The notes: a model not told the origin generated them from the sequence alone. Positions 1 through 8,067 are shown, counted from the stretch's first letter. The stretch is DNA of 64,000 nt from Candidatus Sulfotelmatobacter sp. (GCA_035503455.1 DATJTK010000174.1:992-64991); one strand, 5' to 3'. A program made the numbers and translations.

Positions 1-755
1 AAGATACACTGGCCGTGTTCATCCCATTGCTTCTCTACATGTGCCATCGTATTGCGTGGGTGAATAACTTCAACCGGGAAGAGGGTATAAACGGACTTTA
101 ATTCTTTTAGCGCTGCCAATATTTTGGCTTCTTTCTCGGTTCCATTGCCATCTGAAGCTTTTTTGTTTAATTCTTTAATTCTGTCTTTTAAGATCCCCTG
201 CAGTAGCTTGTCCTTTTTGCCAAAATCGAATAGCCCGAATTCAGGGTCAAGCAGTCGATCTCGGAATAAAACGCCCTGATCTCCAAAGCAGTGAACCAAA
301 ACCTCGTTCAGCTTCGCCTCGATATCAATTGTCTCAGCAATCACGAGTCCACGAATGTTATTGATGTCTTGGGTCTTTTTCAGAGTCAGATCAATAACTG
401 CGAGGATTCGCTCCTCGGCGTCCTCCCTGGACGTGAAGTACACACCGTCGGGCGGCGTTTCAAATTTATCCTTTGGGTTTCCTGACTGTGAGTAAAAGAC
501 GATTTCGATTAAGACGTGCTTTTTCCTGATTGTTTCAATTAATTCCTTGCCGGTAACCTTTGGCAACTGAAAATCCACAATGATCAGGTCCAACTCGGGA
601 TTCCTTATGGCCTCGGCGATGTTCGCTCCGTTTCGCTCGAGGGCTATGTTTAGGCGAAAGCCAAGCCCGTCGCAGTGATCTTTAAGGGACCCTTCAATTG
701 ATTGCACCCATTTAGGTGTGTCATCAATCCATAGGATATTATAGTCCAGTTTCAT
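1..755 (-). CDS. Response-regulator receiver (REC) domain protein with C-terminal helical HEPN-like domain; 3' end cut by window edge
   Basis: Absent from the ORF track because it runs off the window. My translation of the minus strand from ATG at 753-755 gives MKLDYNILWIDDTPKWVQSIEGSLKDHCDGLGFRLNIALERNGANIAEAIRNPELDLIIVDFQLPKVTGKELIETIRKK..., open down to nt 3 (about 251 codons). IDD and LIIVD acidic pockets fit a receiver domain. The tail reads ...VEVIHPRNTMAHVEKQW, and RNxxAH (nt 39-56) fits the Rx4-6H HEPN signature. The ATG overlaps the upstream TGA (ATGA). Confidence 0.6.
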   Translation of the reverse strand, partial: MKLDYNILWIDDTPKWVQSIEGSLKDHCDGLGFRLNIALERNGANIAEAIRNPELDLIIVDFQLPKVTGKELIETIRKKHVLIEIVFYSQSGNPKDKFETPPDGVYFTSREDAEERILAVIDLTLKKTQDINNIRGLVIAETIDIEAKLNEVLVHCFGDQGVLFRDRLLDPEFGLFDFGKKDKLLQGILKDRIKELNKKASDGNGTEKEAKILAALKELKSVYTLFPVEVIHPRNTMAHVEKQWDEHGQCI

Positions 756-3127
756 TTTCTGAAGATAAGGACGAACTCTGCTCCATTTTCATTTTTTGTG
801 TTTAACTCGATATCCCCGTTCATGCCCCGAACAATCTCGGCAACGTGGTACAGCCCTAATCCCGAACCGTTCGTTGTCGAAAATCCCATCTCAAATATCC
901 TCTTCGCGTTTTTTTTCGGCACGCCAACACCATCATCCTTGACGCTCAACTTGAGTTCTTTCGCCGTCGCTTCTAATACAGTAACGACGATATCCCTTGC
1001 CTTGTGCTTGCGTGAATTACTGAACAGGTTGTCCATCACGATGCTCATCTCGATAGGAGTAAAGGCCGTTACGAAAGCGGCGGGCTTAGGAGCGACAAAT
1101 CGGACGCTGATTTCATCGTCATCTGGGGTTCGGATTGTACCCGCGCATACATTAAGCACATACTCGCGGATGAATTCAACCATATCAGCGCTGATTTCAA
1201 CAGCATCCATAACGAAGTTGGCCTTTGTCGCAAATCGGACTATGGTTAAGATTTTTTGGGCCTCGTAACTGATGCGCTCAATGGTAACGCCAACAACTTC
1301 TGGCAACAGGGGCTTGCCCTGTTGAATTCGGCGGCTCAAGTCCTTCACGTGGTTTTCAATCGTACCCGCCGAAATTCCAACATAGTGATGTAGGTTGACC
1401 ACTTGAGCGAGATCGCGAGAAAGGACCGATTTCAAAAAAAGGTTTTGGGTCGTCGTTTGGCGGTGCTCTTTCTCAGCCTTCGCTTCGGCTTCCCGCGCAC
1501 GTCGCGCTTCCTCTTCGGCAATCCGGGCCTTCTCTGCAGCTTCCCGTGCCTCCTGTTCAGCAGCCTTTGCCTTTTCTTTAGCCACGCCTGCTTCCTGCTC
1601 TGCCTCTTCCCTGGCTCGGGTGAGAACCTTTAGGTGCTTTTCGGCCTTGGCAGCTTCAATGATCAGAACCCTATTATTTGAATCGGCGGCGATGCGTTTG
1701 AAATTCTTGAGCAGCGATGAAACGCTACTTTCTGAACGGTTCTCCAATATGTTTAAAAGATCTGGGTCGTAAGAGAAATCCAGCACCTGTTCCGACTTCG
1801 TAAGCCGAGCGATTAGGTCAAAAATGTGAGCCTTTGTTTCTTCTGGTGATAGACCTTCTTGATCGAGTAAGTCACCATCGTTTCCGAATCGTATAATTCC
1901 AACGACAAAAGCCTCAAGCCTTTTCAAAGCAAACTCAATAAAAAACTCGCGCAGGTCATCAAACGCTTCATTATCAACGAGCCCGCCATCCCTACTGCTG
2001 GTTTCGCGGAATTCCGAATTATCGCCATTAATTTCGATTCGCCCGGTAAGATCTCGAGTGCCCAAAAAGCGTGCTTGGCCTTGTTGCTTACGTCTATTGA
2101 TACCCAGTTTGTCCTCGTGTACGTCACCAAACGGATGGATGCGAAATCCATTCTTATAGAGAAATACAGAACCGTACTCCACTGGGCGTAGCCCCATGCT
2201 CTTTGAGAAAAGCATTTTGGCGGAATGATTTAACGCGAAAAGATAGATTGAAATATTTTTCAAAGTCTTTTCGTAAGGATTCTTCTCGCGGATTTCATAA
2301 ATCAGTGTTCCTCTGTCTGTCAATTTCGTGCTTAGTTCTTTTCCGTCCGCCGCAACACGCACTTCAATCTGTGTGGTCTTGAGCCGCAAATTTTCAAATA
2401 GAAAATTGCGAATTCGCCCATTAACTATATTCCATGGCTCGGTCTTCGGTGCCTCACTATCAGCTGCCTTTTCCTCCGGAACGTGAAGATAAATCGCGAA
2501 GTCATCGACGTCGTTTTCCTGATTCGGGTTAACGAGCCTTTCTAACGATCGTCTCAACCCCAGGAGCTTGTCGCGCGTCCAGTCGCTGCTTCTCAAGCCG
2601 CCGATTTCGAGAATTGTTCCACGGCGCAGGTGATACGGGATTGAATGCGCGGTTTTATACTCAACCGGCACAGCGATAAATTCTTTTTTGGCATCTACCT
2701 CGAAATCATTCCAGTTAACCGTCAAAATATTGAACGGAGCCCCCGACGCATTCTTTCGGCTATAAACTTTCAAATTGCTTCCGAGTCGATCGCAGGAAAA
2801 GCGGCCAATGCCCTTCGCTCCAGCATAAACCCTGGTAGATTTGATTTTGTCCCGATAGTCTGCGCCTTCTTTCTTGGCGGAGTATGCCACAAAAAGCCAC
2901 TTGTTGAATAAATCCGGCCGATCCATTCCGTTGCCATTATCCTGAACCACGATTCTAGCGCTCTTCGAATTCAGCGACATGAAGGTAATATCAACACGCG
3001 TGGCATTTGCATCGAACGAGTTCTTTACCAATTCGAAAACGGCAATAAAGTCGTTAGTTATAAGCTCCTTTCCGATGATAGTCTTCAGCGCGGAGCTTAC
3101 TCGAAAGGATGGTTTGGTTTCAGGCAT
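752..3127 (-). CDS. Hybrid ATPase: N-terminal MORC/Hsp90-like GHKL (HATPase_c_3-type) module, coiled coil, C-terminal histidine-kinase-type HATPase_c
   Basis: 791-aa ORF. The N-terminus has AVFELVKNSFDANA (N box), VVQDNGNGMD (G1) and YAGAKGIGRFS (G2). An E/A/K-rich coiled coil lies at about nt 1455-1625. The C-terminus has IVMDNLFSNSRKH, VKDDGVGVP and GFSTTNGSGLGLY, typical of sensor kinase catalytic domains. A canonical H-box is not obvious (FLKSVLSRDLAQVVNLHHY). Confidence 0.75.
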   Translation of the reverse strand: MPETKPSFRVSSALKTIIGKELITNDFIAVFELVKNSFDANATRVDITFMSLNSKSARIVVQDNGNGMDRPDLFNKWLFVAYSAKKEGADYRDKIKSTRVYAGAKGIGRFSCDRLGSNLKVYSRKNASGAPFNILTVNWNDFEVDAKKEFIAVPVEYKTAHSIPYHLRRGTILEIGGLRSSDWTRDKLLGLRRSLERLVNPNQENDVDDFAIYLHVPEEKAADSEAPKTEPWNIVNGRIRNFLFENLRLKTTQIEVRVAADGKELSTKLTDRGTLIYEIREKNPYEKTLKNISIYLFALNHSAKMLFSKSMGLRPVEYGSVFLYKNGFRIHPFGDVHEDKLGINRRKQQGQARFLGTRDLTGRIEINGDNSEFRETSSRDGGLVDNEAFDDLREFFIEFALKRLEAFVVGIIRFGNDGDLLDQEGLSPEETKAHIFDLIARLTKSEQVLDFSYDPDLLNILENRSESSVSSLLKNFKRIAADSNNRVLIIEAAKAEKHLKVLTRAREEAEQEAGVAKEKAKAAEQEAREAAEKARIAEEEARRAREAEAKAEKEHRQTTTQNLFLKSVLSRDLAQVVNLHHYVGISAGTIENHVKDLSRRIQQGKPLLPEVVGVTIERISYEAQKILTIVRFATKANFVMDAVEISADMVEFIREYVLNVCAGTIRTPDDDEISVRFVAPKPAAFVTAFTPIEMSIVMDNLFSNSRKHKARDIVVTVLEATAKELKLSVKDDGVGVPKKNAKRIFEMGFSTTNGSGLGLYHVAEIVRGMNGDIELNTKNENGAEFVLIFRK

Positions 3128-4313
3128 CGTGGGCCAATTGTTTTAACACATACCCAGCAAGCTCTGCAAAAAGTGGCGGAATCGCGTTGCCAACCTGCGT
3201 GTAGCGAGGGACCTCTCTGGATCGGCGGTCACCGCCGGATGTATATTTGCCCCGAAACTCAAAGTCATCCGGGAATGATTGAATCCGAGCACACTCGCGA
3301 ACAGTAAGTACCCGTGGCTCGGCGTAATGAATGTAGTCGTCTGGGAGACTGGTAATCGTTGGACAAACTGCGTTTTCGTCGAGCGGGGTAATCGAACGTT
3401 TTTTCAAATCATACTTCGTCCGCAAATCGCCAGAGAGTTGTTTATCGCGGGGGGCGTGCTCCAGGATTTCTTCAAAACGCTCAACAATGTGCGGACGGTG
3501 CCTCGGGAATCGGTGGCTGTCGGGAATTTTCGGCAGGTAATCCAGGCGCATCAATTTCTGATATTTGTTCTTCGCAGGAGCGTATTGTCCAGAACGAAAA
3601 TTCCTCGAATCCGGGCATTCGGCTTCGCCGTGCTGCCGCTCCAAATCAGAAATCGCCTGTGACACGCTTTGAACGATCCCCAAGCCCTTTTTCTTCAGGA
3701 ATTCAGTCCTACGCTCCGTCAGGCACTCGAAAAACTCTTCAGCTTTTCCAATTAGTGTGCCGACGAGAATAAAGCGGAGCCGCCTTTGGGGCACACCGTA
3801 ATTCCCGAAGTTTATAATCTTCCAGCAGACGTCGTAGCCGAGATCCTTCAATCGCCGGACGACTTGGGCCGAGTACACAACCCCTGAGCCGTTTTTCAAA
3901 AATTCCATGCCGAATCCGCGGACATTCTCGAAGAATAAAAGCTTCGGCATGACCAACTCGACGAACGAAACATATGAATCGACCAGCCTGTTCCTGCGGT
4001 CCCGTTGGTTGCGCCGCCCATTGACCGAAAAACCCTGGCACGGAGGTCCGCCGGCAATCAGGTCTACAGATGACGCAAGCTTCCGAACTTGTGTTTTATA
4101 ATTCAAAAGAACCTCGTCGATGTCATGCGGGCCAAGCGGGAACCAACCTGGCCAACGAAAATGTTTTTTCCGATCAATGAGATTGTGCCTAAGCGTCTCG
4201 AAGGCAAACGCATCCTTTTCAATTGCAAAGAGCCCTTGCCAGCCAGATTGCATCAGTCCCCATGATAGGCCGCCACAGCCAGCATAGAGGTCAATGTACT
4301 CGAGAGACGCCAT
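3120..4313 (-). CDS. dcm: DNA (cytosine-5)-methyltransferase
   Basis: 397 aa with motif I DLYAGCGG, motif IV GGPPCQGFS, motif VI ENV, QRR and motif X GNAIPP. Its stop overlaps the downstream ATPase start by 8 nt. Confidence 0.93.
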   Translation of the reverse strand: MASLEYIDLYAGCGGLSWGLMQSGWQGLFAIEKDAFAFETLRHNLIDRKKHFRWPGWFPLGPHDIDEVLLNYKTQVRKLASSVDLIAGGPPCQGFSVNGRRNQRDRRNRLVDSYVSFVELVMPKLLFFENVRGFGMEFLKNGSGVVYSAQVVRRLKDLGYDVCWKIINFGNYGVPQRRLRFILVGTLIGKAEEFFECLTERRTEFLKKKGLGIVQSVSQAISDLERQHGEAECPDSRNFRSGQYAPAKNKYQKLMRLDYLPKIPDSHRFPRHRPHIVERFEEILEHAPRDKQLSGDLRTKYDLKKRSITPLDENAVCPTITSLPDDYIHYAEPRVLTVRECARIQSFPDDFEFRGKYTSGGDRRSREVPRYTQVGNAIPPLFAELAGYVLKQLAHDA

Positions 4314-4327
4314 TTTAAACGCTTTTC

Positions 4328-4341
4328 TTAACAGTTGTTAA
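4328..4341. promoter_or_regulatory. Perfect inverted repeat TTAACA-GT-TGTTAA in the 31-nt spacer between the HNH gene and dcm
   Basis: Read directly at nt 4328-4333 and 4336-4341. It lies 15 nt upstream of the dcm ATG on the minus strand. An operator or hairpin role is only a guess. Confidence 0.3.
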
Positions 4342-4344
4342 CCG

Positions 4345-5151
4345 CTATGTCATGCACTTTTCGGCATGGAGTCTCAGAAATCCCGCATCCGGCGCAAATT
4401 TCTTCGGCAGCAGCAGACGTGCGCCGTCAAAGCTAGTGAGCCAGCGCCTGGTTTCATTGTCCTCTGTGGATTCGCTAAGCCGCCCAGAAAAGCGGATGAG
4501 GTACCCGTCTTCAATCCACATCAAGTGCCGGTCAAACGCACGGTCGTGGAGTGCGTTCAGGCACAGGCCGTTTCGTGGATTCAACCGGTTTTTTTCATCA
4601 TCGGACCACGGGATGATGTGGCTGGCCGTCAGCAGCGGTTGAACGGTCAGACCGGTGACACAGCAGCGGAAATTATAGGCGGAAAGAATACGGTCACGAA
4701 AAAAGCTTTGGTTCACGCGCACGCGAACGGTCGCCTCGCGCTCCAGTCCGGCCGGTGGCAGGTCATCGGTCTCCACGTCCGCCACCTCTTCAATGGGTTT
4801 GTGAAGTCGGGCGGCCAGCAAACGTTCGCTTTCGAAGGCCAGCGTTTCCGGTTGATCGGCAAATTCGCGCCAGATTTCCACCTCGCCTTTGGCGCCATGG
4901 CTCATGCCGCGAATTCCGCGCGCCTGCAGCGCCGGGTCGAGCCGCGCAAAATTGGAAAGCTTCAGCGAGACCGCGCCAGCCCTGCGCCCCAACAATTTTG
5001 CCAATTGGATGACGCGCGGGTTGTGCATGTGGATTTGCCCGAATGGAATTTTGCAATACAAGTTGAACGCCAGGATGTGCTCCTCGCGCGTCCAATCTTT
5101 GTGTTTCCCGGCCATGACCTGATTTCCGCCAAAATTGTGACTGTTTAACAT
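4345..5151 (-). CDS. HNH endonuclease (HNH_2 / restriction-type)
   Basis: The C-terminus has CCVTG...ASHIIPW...NPRNGLCLNALHDRAFD. The N-terminal DWTREEHILAFNLYCKIPFGQIH... region is typical of stand-alone HNH restriction-like proteins. The track start at 5160 is TTG; ATG options are 5151 and 5115. GC content is host-like, unlike the genes downstream. Confidence 0.8.
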   Translation of the reverse strand: MLNSHNFGGNQVMAGKHKDWTREEHILAFNLYCKIPFGQIHMHNPRVIQLAKLLGRRAGAVSLKLSNFARLDPALQARGIRGMSHGAKGEVEIWREFADQPETLAFESERLLAARLHKPIEEVADVETDDLPPAGLEREATVRVRVNQSFFRDRILSAYNFRCCVTGLTVQPLLTASHIIPWSDDEKNRLNPRNGLCLNALHDRAFDRHLMWIEDGYLIRFSGRLSESTEDNETRRWLTSFDGARLLLPKKFAPDAGFLRLHAEKCMT

Positions 5152-5217
5152 GTTTGGCAAGCACGATGTTGCGAATTGAAATCCGTACCGTTACCATGAC
5201 CGTAAATTATCACTGGC

Positions 5218-6117
5218 ATGGTAAATATGGACCTCAAGGGAATTCTGATTCTTCCGATTTATACCGCCTTGTTTATGGCAGTATTTGTAGCGGTCGTTGC
5301 ATGGGACCGGCGCAAACGACGGACTCGAAAGCCGTTTGGTGAAAATGTGAAACTCTTGCGGATGCCGGGCGAACATCTTTGGCGGCAAGTAATCGAGAAG
5401 GACGCGTCCGAGATATATTGGACATTTGGCCTAATGGTTTTGCCGATCTTTGCCGCATGGTTGGCCCTTCAAATTGCGGCTCATTTTTTCAACAAATCGT
5501 ACGTCGGCTTTGTCGTCGCAATCGTTGTTTTCGTATTCGTCATGCTGTTATGCATTCGATGGCTGGTCGCTCGGCTGCAAAGACGCCAAAATGAATACCT
5601 GGGATTTTTCGGCGAGCGGTTCGTTGCAGATTGTCTCGAGCCTCTGAAAGAAAACGGATGGTTCGTTTTCCACGACATTCAATGCGATGGTGCGACCGGG
5701 AAATTCAATCTGGATCACGTGGCCGTTGGCCCAGGCGGAATTTGGGTGGTTGAAACGAAGACTCGGCGCAAGGGCCGCGCGCGCCCTGACATGGACCCTG
5801 GGAAAGTGGTGTTCGATGGCGCGAAAATCATCTGGCCGTGGTGGAATGATTCGACCTCCATCAAACAGGCAGCGAATAATTCGAACTGGCTTCGAGATTG
5901 GTTGGAAAAAATGACTGAGAGGAAGTTTGACGTTTCCGCCGTGATTGCGATTCCGGGATACAAAGTAGAAGCAAAAAGCAGGACAGGAGTCCGGGTAGTA
6001 GCACCAGAAGACCTTCAAGATGTCCTGGTTGGCTATGGAAAAACGATATTGTCTGCCGAAGATATCAGGATGATTCGTCTTCAATTGGCCGCCAAATGCC
6101 GGGACGTGGAGTTCTAA
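5218..6117 (+). CDS. NERD (nuclease-related) domain protein with N-terminal transmembrane segments
   Basis: 299 aa with three hydrophobic helices in the first ~110 aa, followed by WFVFHDIQCDGATGKFNLDHVAVGPGGIWVVETKTRRK, the NERD core pattern. It is divergent from the HNH/dcm operon. Confidence 0.75.
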   Translation: MVNMDLKGILILPIYTALFMAVFVAVVAWDRRKRRTRKPFGENVKLLRMPGEHLWRQVIEKDASEIYWTFGLMVLPIFAAWLALQIAAHFFNKSYVGFVVAIVVFVFVMLLCIRWLVARLQRRQNEYLGFFGERFVADCLEPLKENGWFVFHDIQCDGATGKFNLDHVAVGPGGIWVVETKTRRKGRARPDMDPGKVVFDGAKIIWPWWNDSTSIKQAANNSNWLRDWLEKMTERKFDVSAVIAIPGYKVEAKSRTGVRVVAPEDLQDVLVGYGKTILSAEDIRMIRLQLAAKCRDVEF

Positions 6118-6290
6118 CCGGTTTTTGAACAACAAAGGCCAAAAGCACGAAGACCGGGCATCGAATTATTGGATCACCGGACATCGGATTGTTAGACCCG
6201 GATTCGCTCGGAAGCTTCCGCCTACACTGAATACGCCCCAAAGCTACGGCGGACAAGACGCCGGGCAGGTTGCTGGATAAATGGATTTGC

Positions 6291-6350
6291 GGGATGGGGG
6301 ATCCGATTTGGGCAGAGCGGCAGCTAGTGGCAGCTCTGCCCTACCGTTTT
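6291..6350 (+). repeat. Intergenic hairpin module, copy 1 (gggatgggggatccgatttGGGCAGAGC...GCTCTGCCCtaccgtttt)
   Basis: Near-identical to 6739-6787 except for a longer loop. A GC stem is followed by a T-run, so it may act as a terminator for plus-strand transcripts such as the NERD gene. Confidence 0.6.
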
Positions 6351-6650
6351 TGGATTTGCCGGCCGCGGCGCAGGGCAGGCTATGAGGAATTCACGAATCT
6401 GGGAAGGAAGACCGGATTTTTCGCCCATTTATTCAACTATCCACCGATCCGACCATCCAAAATCCCCACCAGCGATAACGTTAATGTAGCTTTTTGTAGC
6501 TTTTGGTGTTGCCAAAATGTTGCCGACTAAACCATTGGCATTCAACGATGTAGCCGATGTAGCCGATCTTCAGAGCAATCATCATCAAATCATAGCCAAA
6601 ACCGAAAACTTTTTTAACCACGAAACACACAAAACACACGAAAGGTTTTC

Positions 6651-6722
6651 GCGGATTTAAACAATGAGGAAAACAGGAATTCAGGAACTTAAATCTGCGT
6701 CAATCTGTGAAATCTGCGGATC
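6651..6722 (+). repeat. About 70-bp intergenic repeat (gcggatttaaacaatgaggaaaacaggaattcaggaacttaaatctgcgtcaatctgtgaaatctgcggatc), copy 1
   Basis: A direct copy at about 90% identity lies at 7402-7471. Shorter relatives occur at 9261-9299 and 13101-13143, and inverted at 59535-59575, 60171-60207 and 61191-61250. Confidence 0.75.
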
Positions 6723-6738
6723 ATGGTTATGGATTGAC

Positions 6739-6787
6739 GGGATGGGGATCCGATTTGGGCAGAGCGGCAGCTCTGCCCTACCGTTTT
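6739..6787 (+). repeat. Intergenic hairpin module, copy 2
   Basis: gggatggggatccgatttGGGCAGAGCggcaGCTCTGCCCtaccgtttt. It overlaps the 3' end of the 6778-7353 ORF and supplies that ORF's stop codon. Confidence 0.6.
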
Positions 6788-7353
6788 CCGTTTTCCGGTT
6801 GGTAAACGTGTACCATGGCGCCGGTACTGAAAACTTTCGTTTCAATCAGCTTGAGGTACAGAGGCTTGCTGAGCTTTTCAAATAGACCGAAACCGCTGCC
6901 CGCCGCCACAGGATGGATGGCCAGGCAGAATTCATCGATGAGACCTGTTTGAACCAAATTTTGGGCAAATTCAATGCCTCCATGAGCCATCAGGTCTTTG
7001 CCCTTTTGTTTCTTAAGATCTCTGATCCCTTTAGCCAGGTCACCGGTGACGACCTTCGCATCCGCCCAACCTTTTGCGATCGAGGCCTGACTCGGATCAA
7101 AGCCTTTTTTCGAGAAAACGATTTTAGGAATTTCGTTCATGGGCTTCGCAAGGATTCCGCCGGCATTGGGCCAAAAAGAAGCCATCTCGCAGAATGCTTT
7201 TCGGCCCATCAGATGGGCCCCTGCCTGCCCCATTTTTTCCGCGACCCAGGCCGCTCCGTCAGGACTTCTTGATTTGGCAAAATCGAGTTTTCCATCGGAT
7301 GATTCCATAAATCCATCGATCGATACGGATATTCTCAAAATTAATTTTCTCAT
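6778..7353 (-). CDS. Dihydrofolate reductase family protein (RibD C-terminal domain-like)
   Basis: 191 aa. MRKLILRISVSIDGFMESSDGKLDF...HLMGRKAFCEMASFWP...LMAHGGIEFAQNLVQTGLIDEFCLAIHPV fits the family pattern. Confidence 0.8.
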   Translation of the reverse strand: MRKLILRISVSIDGFMESSDGKLDFAKSRSPDGAAWVAEKMGQAGAHLMGRKAFCEMASFWPNAGGILAKPMNEIPKIVFSKKGFDPSQASIAKGWADAKVVTGDLAKGIRDLKKQKGKDLMAHGGIEFAQNLVQTGLIDEFCLAIHPVAAGSGFGLFEKLSKPLYLKLIETKVFSTGAMVHVYQPENGKR

Positions 7354-7401
7354 TGGGCCTCAAGGCTGGTCCCTTTAAGCGGCATGAGCAAGGCCAAAGG
7401 A

Positions 7402-7471
7402 GGATTCGAACAATGATGAAAATAGGAATTCAGGAACTTAAATCTGCGTCAATCTGCGAAATCTGCGGATC
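7402..7471 (+). repeat. About 70-bp intergenic repeat, copy 2
   Basis: ggattcgaacaatgatgaaaataggaattcaggaacttaaatctgcgtcaatctgcgaaatctgcggatc. Together with copy 1 it brackets the DHFR-family gene. Confidence 0.75.
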
Positions 7472-8067
7472 CCATTCCCTGACGGTCGCGGCTCTGCTCC
7501 AATCTGTGCCGACTTTTTCCTTTTTCCTTTTTAATTTTGCCATTCGTTCACACCCCCGTGAACGAACGCAAATCAAAACGCGCCTGGCGTGAACGACAAA
7601 TCTTCGAATTTCCAAATAAAAACCCCGTTTTTTAGCCTCCAAACGTTTCGTTCACGCTTTCAACACCCTACACTTGCGTTTTCGTGAACGAAGCAGTCTG
7701 CACCGCAGAAACAGAGCCCCGGAGTGAGGTGCCGCGAACCACGAACCACTATGCCGCACGCAAAGGGCGCAAAGTCCGCAAAGAATTTTTGGCGTTTCCT
7801 ATCCTTTGCGTCCGTGGCGACCGTTGCGTGAGGCTTTGTTGTTCAAATCCGAGGACGAGGACGAACCCCTTTTACCCGGTTTCGTGTGGTTCGTGTATTT
7901 CGTTGCGCGAGATCAGACGCGCTCGCGCTTATAAATTGCGCTCGCGTTCCGCACTGCGTATTCAGGCGCTTTGAATTATGGACATCCAACCCGGGGCGGC
8001 GCTCAGTGGCAGTGCCACTTCCAAGATTCGCTTGCCCCGGGCTATTATAGTCCGCTCTTTCAGGGCT

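Noticed and set aside
4366-5148. 260-aa plus-strand ORF covering the HNH gene region
   Set aside because: It mirrors the well-supported minus-strand HNH CDS. Its Arg/Gly/Ala/Pro-rich composition is typical of antisense frames in GC-rich DNA, and it has no motifs.
6270-6885. Small ORFs (86 aa, 73 aa) in the 6120-6780 gap, and similar ones at 7353-7974 and 13114-13563
   Set aside because: They are translations of the dispersed repeat modules (for example MRKTGIQELKSASICEICGS recurs at 6664 and 7410). No independent coding evidence exists.
7397-7410. ggattcgaac word resembling a tRNA T-arm on the minus strand
   Set aside because: The flanking bases cannot form the T-stem (cattg/cctcc), and no acceptor or anticodon arms can be drawn. 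It is part of the 70-bp repeat module.
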